This document shows positions 1 through 12,800 of a DNA stretch of 64,000 nt, piece by piece (the first letter of the stretch is position 1; the number at the start of each line of letters is the position of its first letter). Under the pieces are notes generated by a model that was given only the letters and a program-made list of their open reading frames with translations, did no database searches and was not told the origin of the DNA. Source of the DNA: Owenia fusiformis (taxonomy: Eukaryota); contig CAIIXF020000001.1 in the NCBI GenBank assembly GCA_903813345.2, positions 14,012,001-14,076,000 of the forward strand, in the 5' to 3' direction. The position numbers were made by a program, and so were the translations under genes.

Positions 1-711
1 AAAGCTTTTTGAGATTGCTTGCTTTCAAAGATAGAAGAGCCCATACAGCTCCACTTTTTAAACAATTTAAAGTTTGGGATATTTACAATATCCACCTTTT
101 TAACGTCGCCCAATTTGTATACAAATGGTACAACCGATTAACAGTGTTCCCACAACTTTTTGGTGATATTTTCCAAATAAATGTTAACATTCACAATTAT
201 CATACCCGCCATTGTCAGGATCTACATGCTTTTGGACATTACACCAAAGTAGGATTTTTTTCTATTAAGATTCAAGGTCAATGGATATGGAACAGTATTG
301 AAAGGCCAATAAGAGAAAGTTCTTCTTTGAATATTTTTAAGATAAGATACAAAAAGTATTTGATAGATAAAATTTCTTTAGATTAGAGTGTATATCACCA
401 AATATTTCATTCTGGGTCTTAAAGGCATTTAATTACAATTAATCATTTCCAGCAGTATTTGTCCTAATATTATCATCATGCTATCATACTCTACTTTATT
501 TTTTACTGTCACTCCCCCTGCTCCTACCCAACAACTATTGATGTGCTCTTATTTATACTTATTTATTTATTTGCGCTATCATTATATTCAATTTATGTTT
601 ATCAAGCAGTATATACACCTATTTTAGGTGTCCTCTGTAAGTAATTTGTATTTTAATTTATTGTTATATGAAGGAAATAATAAATAAATAAATAAAAAAT
701 AAATAAAATAA
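1..711 (+). mobile_element. 3' end of a non-LTR retrotransposon (CR1/L2-group-like), antisense within a TUBGCP5 intron
   Basis: ORF 9-386 has the typical LINE ORF2 C-terminus (HTAPLFKQ...HNYHTR...G..IWNSI...SLNIFK). It is followed by a 3' UTR and an (AAAT)n-type tail at about 676-711. Confidence 0.7.
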
Positions 712-798
712 AAATTCTAATCTAAAAAGGAAATAATGTGAACTTGTTTTTCAAAAAAGGAAAAATCAGACTGCTACATTATAAATGAGATACTCTAC

Positions 799-3700
799 CT
801 ATGAATTATAAACTCCTGTTTGAGATCAATCAATGATCCATTTGTGATCCAGTCATCTAGTATTTCAATGTATGGTCTACATGTCTGTGCCCATATGCAT
901 AGCAATGTAGATACCTGCAAACAAACAATAACAAAAACAAGGTATTAACATGACAAAATGTCACCACTTACAACAATTTAAAAAGTATATATATATTTCA
1001 GACAGTAAGTGCCAATGCCAAATTAAAAACATCAGTCACAAAAAGGTGAATGTAATAATAAATTACCACTTCTAAGCAGTAACATGAACGTCGTCTCATC
1101 GTAATCTCTATCAATTTTTTTTTATATCAACAAACACATGAATAGAACCAAATGCTCCACTTACTCTGTTAGTGTTGTTGTTAGCCAGCATGTCAGACTG
1201 AAGGATAGCATCATATATCGTAGAGAGAATCCTGGCTGCTTTCTGTGAGTTACACATGGACTTGGGTACACACTCTATACCATTTGTGTAGAGGTAGTAC
1301 AGGGTGTCCAGAAGTGGGAAGTGATGTTTCAACTTTTCTTGAAGTTTCATTAATGTGAAACTCTCCTCTGAGAAGTAAATAAAGAAGGAATTGAGATGCA
1401 ATGAAATTTGATTTAACCTCTTGAATACCCAGAGTGACGGATATATCCGTCACAAATGAAATAAGACTGGTGCCCAGAGGGACGAGAAAATCCGTCACAA
1501 AATTTTTCACAAAAATTGCTCTCATTTGAACAATTTTCATCCAATTTACACAAAAATTGTTTTAAAACGTGTAGAAATGATCTCTGCCGTCCAATTTTAC
1601 TAAGCTGAGCATCTAAAGTTGTATAGGTATGTAATAAAATGTCAAAAGGTGGCAAAAAATGAAAAATTCTCTGGTTTCATGCCAATTTTAGAGCCTGGGA
1701 TTCAAGAGGTTAATGTTTACACTCCATACCAGGTTAATCAAGAATTAAATTTTTTTTAGACTGCATCATATCAATAGAACTACATTGCAGAAAAATAGTG
1801 GATATTCCAAGAATTGGAATTTTTGCATAGATAATGAGCTTATGACTTGTATAGATGACAGGTCACAACCATCACTTCCTGTTAAGTATTATTTGTGTAA
1901 ATATTCAAAATACCTTGCAATATTCAAATTGAGCATATGAAATGAAACATACCTCTTTTAATGATAATTTTCTCAATATCCAATAGCTCCAGTCTAAAGG
2001 GATGCAAACTAGTCACTAATGAAGAGGCAAATGCTTGATAGGTCGAGCTGCATTCTGTATTGTCACCATAGCAATTGAAGCTCATGACATCATCAATAAA
2101 TGTTTGTAATATCAGAGATATATAGCTGTATTTCGAAAGGTTCTTTAATCCCTCTGCTAGTGCTCCCTAGAAAAGTTAAATCAAATCCAAGAATGAAATC
2201 TGTAATCACAAACAAATAAATATAATCATAAGCACTCTATCAACTATGGACCTAGTTTGACAGTTAAAAACTACATTCAAGTTTACTTTATGTATTCAGT
2301 ATTTTAAGTTTTTCAATTTGTTTTTTGTTTTTGAATTTGAGTTTCTTTAATCAGGTCCATGCTCTGTTCAATAAAATGATTTTTATGAACCATGAACCTT
2401 TTTCAAGAACATTTAGAAACATTGTTGTGAATGTGACATGTAACTGTTCAATATACCATGATTCACAATGACCTCTATTAGCAGTTAAGTAATAATTCTT
2501 CTAAGTACCTGTGTAAGGTGTAAAACTTGAACAGTTTTTTTAATTCTGTATTGTTTGTCAACAAGTTCAAAGAGAGATGCATTGGCAACCCCACTCATCA
2601 TCCTATAATAACAAATAGATCATGGGAATAAAATGGTCAAATGAAATTTGTACATGACATTGACATGTGAGCTACAAATACCCAATCATCTTGATTTTAA
2701 ATATTAAGTGTGTGATTTAGTATGATATGAAATATACACATACATTTTATGCTATATATAAGTTGAATTTACTGACCATATGAGCTCTCTTACAACATGC
2801 TCCTCTGAGACTGTCATCGTACTGGGTGGAACATACACTGGATTACTACTGCTTAAGTAAGAGGCCCTGAAATATGTGGGAAACATTCTCACAATAATTA
2901 CATATGTATTATAAAACAACTACTGCATTCATATGCAAACTTGAGTATGCCTAGATTTGCACCAAGTTTGGTTAAAAAGGAGTACCGTTTGTGAGAGAGC
3001 CAAGAGTGTAAGGGGTGAAAGGAGGTATTAAACTTTAAGTACTAGAGTAGGCTCTTGTAATTGTTGCTTTTCCTGCTAATTTTAAGTTGACAGCCTTGGC
3101 CATGGCCTCTGAACTGTTAAACAGATCTTTTTCAAACTTAATCTCCTATCAAATATCCTGCAAAAATATCATCAATTTTGGTATTCAGCATAAACATATA
3201 TGAATCAGATATAGGGAATTGGTATGACTTAAAGCCTGATTTGATGTTTTTTCAAATATTTGTTCTTACCAGTTTTCAGCCAGTTTGTTGCACCAATGTG
3301 TATTGAGTGTCAATGAGCCATCCAGGTCACCTCTCCAATATTGCACAATGATGTTTCTGGATAACCAGTCATTTCCTGAAGTTATAATTAACAAGTATTT
3401 GAAATGGGAATATGCAGAAAGGGCAAAAATCAAAGACTATTGCGCATCAAGAAAAAACAAAAAAGAAACATCAAATACCACAACCAGTCACCGTGAGAAT
3501 TTATTTTTATTTACATGTATTAATCAATTATCTTTATTTCTGACATGTACATTATAAAGTCATCTTCGTTGGCCTTAATTTATGGCACTATAGAAGACAT
3601 TGTGGTTTTAAATACAATACATTATACATGTACAACCATCCATGGCTCTCCATTAGTTTTCTCTTTCTAGAAAGCTATGAGCTAGTTTTAGTCTACTTTA

Positions 3701-6700
3701 ATAAGCATCTAATGTTACCATGATCAGGTTGTAGAGTGTCCTGTTCCTGGGTTTCAAACGTCACATGTTTCCCCTCTCCCACAACCACACCAGAATCATC
3801 AGCATGGGGACCCAAGTCATCTTCTTCATCTGAGTAGTCCTGAATATAAAGAATGGTCCACTATTACAGTCTTTAATTATTCCAAAATGTTTTACAAAAG
3901 TTCATGAAAACGGTAAAAATAAGTACACACTTATAAGTTATAATGTTAAATATGACATGTGATATAGAGAGTAACACTCTTCAAAATTCAGCAATGTTCT
4001 CAAAAGCTTTGGCCATTTCTTAATCAATTTTTCTTAAACATAGTATCGTTTCATGCTCTTGTCCGAATAACTACTGATAATGTATTACTTTACTTACAGG
4101 AGAATCTCCGTAGTATGGTCTGTACACCTCATCCCCCTCTGTCAGGTAGGCATACCAGTCAAAAGGTTTCTCCTTTTCTGAAAACACATGTTCACTTCAT
4201 GAATTTCTTCAAAATAGAAAGCAAAGGCAAGCAATTTTCTCATTTCTTAAATATAAGGGGCAGATTACTAATTTCCTTGACTGTATGTTGTACATGTACA
4301 CTGTACTTCTTAAACTTCATAGTACTAATTTTTACTAATCAAAATCTCACCTCTACAAAAGGGGATGAACGAGACTAATGTTAGTTGTAGACATATACCT
4401 TGCATGACAGACCAGTAATCAGTCCACTAGCCCATTTGCAATCAGTTTTTAAGTCAATCACCAATAGAAAGGGGATTGCCAGTAGCAATTGGGCAACTTT
4501 GAGTTTCATATGCTGCATGACATTGTGCATTATGTGTAATATAATGAATTTACCTGCAAGCTGCTCTTCCTTTTCTTTGAATTTTACAGAAGTTTGGGAA
4601 TCGGCCAAGTTCAACAGTAAAGATAGAATGCCATAATGTGTATCAGTCTGAAATACAAAAATTCACACATGTACATGTAATTCACAGAACCTATGTTATT
4701 TATCTTACACTAAACTCTGATGAACTTATTACAGTTGCCTACAATCATCTTGATCATCTGTAATGTTACAAAATTGTTTCTCATATTAAGAATTATTTTA
4801 TTCTTTCTGATCTAGGACATCTTAAAATGGTCATCCGTGCACTCAAGTAGTATTCAAGTAATACTAATAATGTTATTAACCTTTCCATGGTCTTTCCTCT
4901 CAAACACTGGGGCGTTCAAAAAATTTTCAGTTGATTCTTTGAAGAATCTTGCCTTTTCCTCCTGTGAGTGAATGTTTAACTTCTGCTGTAGTCTGCAAAG
5001 CAAAATCCAAACTACCATGTAAATTATTTGTTGAACACAATTATTTTGTTTTGAAATCTCAGATAAGGGAATGGTCTTAATTAACGGATGATCCTAATAA
5101 TCGCATGATTGTCCTAAATAGCTAAAGAAATATGAACCCGCCTCTTTTAAACTTAAAATTTGGTGTTCTAAATGATGTCACCACTAAGGTTCAACAGAAA
5201 ATCATATTGATTTGAAATAAAGTTGAGTTTTGGGTGAAAACTTCATATGGCACAGAAAACACAATTTGATACAATATAAAATGATAACATTAGTAGAAGT
5301 AAAAAATGTCAATTCTTTTTTCCAATTTATTAATAAATACACAGTTGTTATAAAATTATACTGATTTTTAGTGAATATATAATATATCTGGATATTTCAA
5401 ACTTAGAAGACATTTCAAAAACTATTATGTGTAGTTTAAAATGCTATTGGCCTAAGACCTTGAGCTTACCCCTCTAATGTTCTATGTATTTTATGGCTGT
5501 CAACATCTAAAAATCTGTGGAATCTGAAGTTGGATAAGACAAACTCCAAGCACAGGCCAAAGTTCTCCTCATCTTCCTATATAAAAGCATATAAAATATA
5601 TGTCTGGCAGCAGCATACATATTCCTACTCAGTGCTACTCATGCGCCATTCAAGTATGTGATGAAAATTAGGAATGTGCAATGAATGGAGATGAAAAGGG
5701 TTTTTTGTGAAAATGAGGTTTTATTGAAGGCTCCCAAGACCTACCAGAGTCCTTAGTGAAAGGCAGTACTAGCTCAATCTAGAAAGTCACTTCTTTATTG
5801 AGCTAAATACTAACCCTTCCGAAGGGGGGGGGGGGGGGGGGTTCTAGAATTTCTTTTAGAGATTTACAGTAAAATTTTAAATGTTTGGAAATGCTCTGAA
5901 TCTAAAAAATAAGCAATTAAGGACCATATTGAAACAGAATATATCAAAATAGAAACATTTATAGTAATGTCCTAACTTTTGTTTATTTTAGTTTGTTTGT
6001 AGTTTAGCTATCATATCTGTGGACTGTTATATTTTGATGCTTCTCTGCCATATTATTTTTCGAAAAAAACGAACATGGCTGAAACTCCCTAAATTACAAA
6101 AGGCCACAGCTTTGCTGCACATTATACATAACTATCTGAAATATACAAAAGTTAGGACTTGTACATAAATGTATGTTTCCATTTTTTCATAAACTGTTGC
6201 AATATAGCCATTTGATTGCTTATTTTTTAAATTCAAAGTAGTTCCAAACTTTTAAAATTTTACTGTAGATCTAATGCAGCAAATATGGGCCATGCCCTAA
6301 ATTTCAAAACTTTGGGGGGCATGCCCCAAGACAGAGGCCATGGAACATATATAAAAAATTGACTCAAATACACGATCTGTTGAAAGCCCATGGTTCGTGT
6401 CAGCAATGATTTACAAAGGCACAATCCATTCATACTCGAAAGTCGACCCCCCCTGGGAAATTCTTCGGACAGGCCTGCAATAGTTCTTTTCCCTTTGACT
6501 ATGAGATCTACCAAGGACATGTACTGACTAGATTGACCGAGTACTGACTAGATTGACCGAGGCACAGGCCCAGGAAGAGGATTTAACCCCCCCCCACTCA
6601 CTGTATGATTTAAGAAATTTCTCTACCTAATACATAGTGAGTGCGAGGGGGATGAACTCTTGTTCCCGTGTCTGTGACTGAGGACCGTATATTATTTTTA

Positions 6701-7975
6701 ACGAAGGACAGCCTATAACGACTGCTATACGAAAAATAGATGCATGAAATTACGTTTCGAAACTGAAAATGTGTTCCATGCGCAGTTGCGTTCAATCCAG
6801 CAATTTGATTAGTTCATATTATATGAACGCATGCGCAATGACCACATATTTTTCTAGATAGATGTCACTTGCGTTCATTATTTCACACCAGTCCCTTCCC
6901 ATGATGCACCTAATATTGCGGGAATATTTTCCTTTAGTGATAAAACAAATTACTCTCATCTTCGAAATATGTTTTCCGTTCCTTGGCAATAATCTTTCAT
7001 TTGGTACCGATCCAACCGCCGAAAAGTAATTCGAATCGTTCTGAATCGTGGGAATGAAGTACTTTCTTTTTTGCGCATGCGCATAGAACACGGGATATTC
7101 GGCCATTTTTCAACTTTCAGTTTCGAAACATAATTTGATGCATCTATTTTGCGTATAGCAGTCGTTATAGGCTGTCCTTCGTTAAAAATAATATACGGAA
7201 ATGAACCTAAGTAAACAAAGAACTCTAGGAACTACCAATTTTTAACAGTGGACGTGTCTTGAGGAAGAAATCGACTCTGGAGCTAACAATTTGAGGGTGA
7301 AAATTGTCGTGTTTTGCATTTGAAATTAAATTTCATCACTTCCTTACATGTTCTTCACACATCTCAGCAACTAGTGGATGGATTGCTACCATTTTAGGTA
7401 AGTTTACTCTGTAGTGTTGTTTGAATCAGCATGTCGATTATTGAAAGGATTCCATATATTTTTACTTGATATATCTAACAATCATTTTCTACAAATTTCA
7501 GGTAGCATCAAAACCGACCACCCTTAATACTATTAATAAGCAGTAGACTCATCGGAGGGCTTGCCCGACGCCTCGAGACAAGCCCCTGTGCTGAGGACGG
7601 AGTTGAAATAATAATCATGAAATAATGTTACTTGGCATTCATATTTTGTGAATATATCATTTTTAGATATATGCAATACAACTTCAACTTATCCGTCTAT
7701 CACATTGGCTAAGGGAAAAGTAGTATAAGCCCAATCTAGTCTTCTGAATGTGAAAATTATTGCAAAAACAGTGGGCGATAATATATTTTTTCATCTTTTT
7801 TGGTATAGATAACCTCAGTAAGAGTTTCAAATACTACAATAGTCTAACATAACACGTATATGATATTCGTGGATGGTAAAATTGAACAAAATCTGTATAT
7901 TTTTACCTTAAAATCGGTCAAATGCTTGATTAGTTCTATTGCTCCCTTTTCAAAGTTTTGTTTTGCCCGCGCCAT
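799..7975 (-). CDS. TUBGCP5: Gamma-tubulin complex component 5, 5' part (12 coding exons; gene continues beyond the window start)
   Basis: GT-AG exons with consistent phase: 7907-7975, 5470-5576, 4881-4992, 4554-4647, 4098-4177, 3719-3839, 3270-3375, 2777-2866, 2509-2602, 1953-2166, 1165-1367, 799-914. Spliced peptide MARAKQNFEKGAIELIKHLTDFKEDEENFGLCLEFVLSNFRFHRFLDVDSHKI...TDTHYGILSLLLNLADS...FDWYAYL...TYQAF...RPYIEILDDWITNGSL matches remembered GCP5 motifs (SNFRFHRFLDV, HYSILSLLL, FDWGKYL). Confidence 0.93.
1417..1709. mobile_element. piggyBac-like MITE, copy 1
   Basis: TTAA|CCTCTTGAAT...ATTCAAGAGG|TTAA. An inverted homologous copy lies at 36320-36601. Confidence 0.75.
6685..7198. mobile_element. 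MITE/foldback element with ~85-bp inverted termini in TUBGCP5 intron 1
   Basis: ccgtatattatttttaacgaaggacagcctataacgactgctatacg... is mirrored almost perfectly at about 7115-7198. No clear TSD. Confidence 0.65.
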
Positions 7976-8796
7976 TTTTTAATTCTCGCATATTCTCGTT
8001 CGGAATCTTACTTTATTTCTAAGAGTTTTGCAGTTTACAATACAACCACACTTCTGAATAGATTCCCTACATTATATGAATACTATTTGTTATATGTTTA
8101 TACATAACAAAAGACAAAACAATCTTTTGAATATCAACTATGAGTAAATCTCCCGATGAAATCCTGAACTCTCGCTCTACGTTCATTCCTGAAAGATGAC
8201 CTCAAAGAAAAACCATAAATAAAGTTGTTTAGGTAAATATAGCCACTTAAAACGAATCATGTTAACGTTTAATCAATGAAAATTTGCAAAATGGAATCTA
8301 TCTCAACGATTTTCGATCAAAGAATATGTATCCGCTCAATTACCGCTGCTCTTTTAGACTTTCAAATTCAAATCAAAATGAATTTGTTTCCTCATTTTCA
8401 GTCGTAGACGTTTTTCGTCTTAATTCGGATTGCCAACCAATCTGAATTCATTGTTTTATCATTTTACGTGTGTGTTCTCACCAGATCTTTTTTCTGTCGG
8501 TTCCCATTCACATCAAATTGAAGCTGATCGGAAGTGATTTCGAGCAATGTCAAATAGCCTAGAATCTAACAGATGCACATTCGAGCGTGTCAGTGTGAAC
8601 CATAATGGAAATTGCTTCTTAAAGTCTGTGCGTAGACGCACTTACGGACTAAAAAATAAAAGTGCCCTTTGAATGTTCTTGTACCCATCCACAGGTGCTC
8701 CCTGGGTAATAAGATTGTGGGGCCCCTTTGCAAACAGAACATCTATCGACATCAATAATCTGCAAAAGAGCTCAAAAGGCTAATAAGCCCTAGATG

Positions 8797-9079
8797 CAGG
8801 GACAGATCTGGGAACCAACAAGGGGGGGGGGCAATTTCAGGTCAGAGAAAAAACTTCCGTGTTTGCGCGTGCAAAAACTTTGGGCCCCATAAACCAAAAA
8901 GTGGTCCCAAATTTGAGGCTCATTTTCTTCAAAATTTGGCCTGAAATTAAAAAATAAGGCCCAGTAATGACCTTAAACCTTTTGGCCCAAAATTTTTTGT
9001 GGACCCAATTTGTTTTTCTGGGCCCACCCAAGAAGGGGGGGGGGATGGGCCTCCAGCCCCCCCCCCAGATCTGCCAGTG
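8797..9079. mobile_element. hAT-like MITE with 5-bp TSD
   Basis: Termini CAGGGACAGATCTGGG...CCCAGATCTGCCAGTG, flanked by AGATG at 8792-8796 and 9080-9084. Confidence 0.6.
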
Positions 9080-9582
9080 AGATGTATCTGAATATAAACA
9101 CCCCTCTTTGACCCCCACCCTTCTTGACTCCCCCTCCTCACTTCTCGATTCCAACCAATTGCCATTCATTGATTGTGCACGTTTTCAAATCCAGAGCATA
9201 TACGTGGGCCTTCAAGAGAAGGGTATGCACTTCTGTTTTATTGCATGAGAACTTCAAAATGAGTGGTGCCATGCTTCCCTTTTTTGATGATATTTCAAAA
9301 AGATGCTCCCATGGATAAATGGTTTAGCATTATCTTGAAGAACAAGAAAATCAAGTGAAAATGACACTAGAAAAATACGAAGGCCATAATGCTATTTTGA
9401 CAAAACTGATCCACTTTTTATGGAAATACCACAGAGAAAGACAATGAACAAACTACATTTTACTGCTTGTTTTCTGTTTGCTAGGTAACATGTTAATGAC
9501 GTCACAAATTAAAATATAATAAACACTGTGATGTGTGACGTTTAGCTTTCTTGTCTATTTAGTTGATAGGGCAATAAGTAAC

Positions 9583-9762
9583 TGTTATGTATCTGGTTTC
9601 AGTACTGGTCATTAAGACATGTAAGATATCTGATACCCTTAACTGAGATTACCATGCTTATAGCAGACACTTGTAAGTCTGGCTTCCTACTAGAAACACA
9701 TTAACTATGTAGTTCTTATATTATGTTTGATGTATAATAAAGTCTTGATACAAAACACAACA
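9583..9762 (+). repeat. 5' LTR
   Basis: TGTTATG...ACAACA, contains AATAAA, identical to the 3' LTR by eye. Confidence 0.96.
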
Positions 9763-9811
9763 TGATGTCAGATGTGGTCTCACATGAATAAGTAGATCAG
9801 AGACAATAACA

Positions 9812-12800
9812 ATGGCAAGTGGATACTCAAAGATAGTGAAGGAATTAGACTTTTATGGCCCTAATCTCTCAGAAGATTGGAAGAGATGGAGAGAACTTAT
9901 TGAATTAATGTTTGATTCTCCTGATGCCACAAAATGGAAAGAGCAAGAGAAAGCCGCTCAAATTCTCCTTCTCATCGGCGAGAAAGGAAGGGACATTTGC
10001 AGATCGTGGATTGCCACTGGGGTACTTTCGGAATCACAAAAGAAGGAGTCTAAAACCCTCCTTGATAAATTTGAGGAATATTGTACACCCAAGAAAAACA
10101 GGTCGATCCAGAGGAAAATGTTCTATGAATGCTACCAGTCGAAGGATGAGTCTATTGACGAGTTTGTTACAAAACTTAGACTTATTGGCAGAGACTGTAA
10201 ATTCCCCGATCTTGATGAGATGATCGCCGACATGATATTAACACATTGTCATTCAACGCAAGTCCAAGAGAAGCTACTAAGATACGAGGAGGACCTCACA
10301 TTAGACCATGCTCTAAAGATAGCACGCTTATACGAGCAGAGTAACGTCCATAAGAACTCTCTCAATTCCCGCACAGAAAGTGGACATGAGGAAGTCAGTA
10401 TTGTAAAGAAGTCGCAGTCACAAAGGTGTGACAACTGTGGACTGATACATAGAGGAGGCACGTGTCCTGCGGCTAATGAGCAGTGTAACGGATGTTTAAA
10501 ATTCGGGCATTTTAAGAGATGTTGCCGTAGTGGGAAATCTAGTGAAAAGGACTCTAGACAACGGAGGCAAGGCAAATCTGGAAAACGTAGAAACCCCCGA
10601 AAAGTGAACCAGGTGGAGGAATCAGTATCTTCAGAAGATGAAGTGTACTTGGGATCTGTAACCACTGAAATCCCAGACACCCAGACATCAAAGATAGCCC
10701 AGATTCCCGCCAAAACCCCAGATATACCCAACTCAAAATCCTGGATTATACAACTAAAAACAGGTGGGCACACCCTTACTGCTAAGGTGGACACAGGTGC
10801 CCAGGCCAATGTGATCTCACATGCACTGTTCAAGAGGTTAAGACACCCCCCTATGAAAGCTTCTACCACAAGGCTATTTACCTACAACAGGCAGCCCCTG
10901 GACGTCATGGGTGAATGTGATATGCCTTGTAACTTTGAAGGGATAAACTACAAAGTGAAGTTCATAGTAATTAAGGAGAAAGCTGACACTTTAATTAGTC
11001 TGCAATCAGCTATTCTCTTTGGCTTAGTTTCCAGAAGTAACATTTCTACAGTTGGCTCTGACAGCACACTGACCACAGACCAGTTGGTGTCGAATTACAG
11101 CTATTTATTTGAAGGCCTAGGCTGTCTGCCTAGCAAAGTGCACATTACCCTTGAAGAAAATGTCACGCCTGTGGTACACCCCCCTTACAAGGTAGCTGTT
11201 CACCAGAGAGACAAATTGAAAACTGAATTAGAGCGAATGCAAAAACAAGGAGTAATTGCCAAAGTGGATGAGCCCACTGATTGGGTGAATAATATAGTTT
11301 TGGTTGAGAAGAGCGACAAATCTCTGAGGATATGCCTTGATCCTGCAAACCTAAACAAAGTTATTAAAAGGGAACCGTACCCTACTGCCACAACAGAAGA
11401 GATCAGCACAAGATTGAAAGGTGCTACGAGGTTTACCAAATTGGATGCGACAACCTCATTTTGGCAACTTGAACTTGATCACGAGAGTTCGTTGCTTACT
11501 TGCTTCAACACACCCTTTGGACGATATCGATTTACACGTCTGCCATATGGACTAAACATATCTACTGAAAAGTTCCAGATGGAAGTTTGTAAAGTCCTAG
11601 AAGGAATAGATGGCGTTGAAGTCCAAGTGGATGATATATTGATTTCTGGCAAAGATGAGGAACAGCTTAAGCATCGAATGGAAGCAGTGTTCCAAAGAGC
11701 AAGTGAGAACAACCTCAAGTTTAACAGGAAGAAATGCCAGTTTAATGTGCCATCAGTCACATATGTAGGACATACATGGTCGAGAGATGGATTGAGTATT
11801 CCGGATGATCGGATAAAAGCGATAGTTGAGATGAAAACTCCTACTGATAAACAATCACTGAGTCGATTCCTTGGCATGGTGAATTATGTTGCCAAGTTCG
11901 TACCACGCTTATCAGAGCTAAATGCTCCCTTGCGAGAACTACTGAAAGAGGATATTATTTTCGAATGGAATAAGCCACAGATAGAAGCGTATGAGCAGCT
12001 GAAAAAGCTTATAACTACAGCGCCAGTTCTCAAGTTTTATGACCCCAATAAGCCATCAGTGCTGAATGTAGACTCTTCGAAAGATGGTCTTGGAGCTGTC
12101 CTACTACAGGATGATATGCCTGTATGCTACGCGTCAAAATCGCTAACCCCTGCCCAACAAAACTACTCCCAAATAGAGAAAGAGATGACGAGTATATGTT
12201 TTGGAGCAACTAAGTTTCACCAATACCTCTATGGTAAGCCCTTCGTCGTGGAAACTGATCACAAGCCCCTGGAGGTGATCGCAAAGAAAGCTCTAAATAA
12301 AGCCCCAGCTCGATTACAAAGAATGCTTTTGCAAATGCAAAAGTACGATGTCACAATCAAGTGGAAACCTGGAAAAGACATGGTTATATCAGACACTCTC
12401 AGCAGAGCATGTGTAGACAGTGACACAGAAAGCTCGAAAATTATTGCTTCTATCATGAACGACATTGATCGACAAGCAGATGGATTACTTCAAGCTTTAC
12501 CCATGTCTAAACCAAAACAGCAAGAGTACAGGAACGCGACCTCGAATGACCCTGTACTGCAACGCATTATGGAATATTGCAGAATTGGATGGCCTGAAAA
12601 GACTGATGTACATGAGTCAGTCATGCCTTATTACACCTTTCATGATGAACTTAGTACAGTTGATGGTCTCGTGTTCAAAGGCCTGAAACTGGTAATTCCC
12701 ACATCAATGAGAGACGAAGTAAAGTCGCTTATCCATGAAAACCATATGGGAATCGTTAAAACTAAATCCATAGCAAGAGAGACACTCTATTGGCCCAACA

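Noticed and set aside
6521-6560. Exact 20-bp tandem duplication gtactgactagattgaccga
   Set aside because: Only two units; an ordinary slippage or repair duplication.
7330-7505. Apparent short exon or splice signals (minus ATG near 7392; plus-strand GTAAGT...TTTCAG)
   Set aside because: A better TUBGCP5 exon 1 exists at 7907-7975, and there is no supporting ORF.
10249-10869. 206-aa antisense ORF within gag
   Set aside because: No recognisable motif; probably a shadow of the sense ORF.
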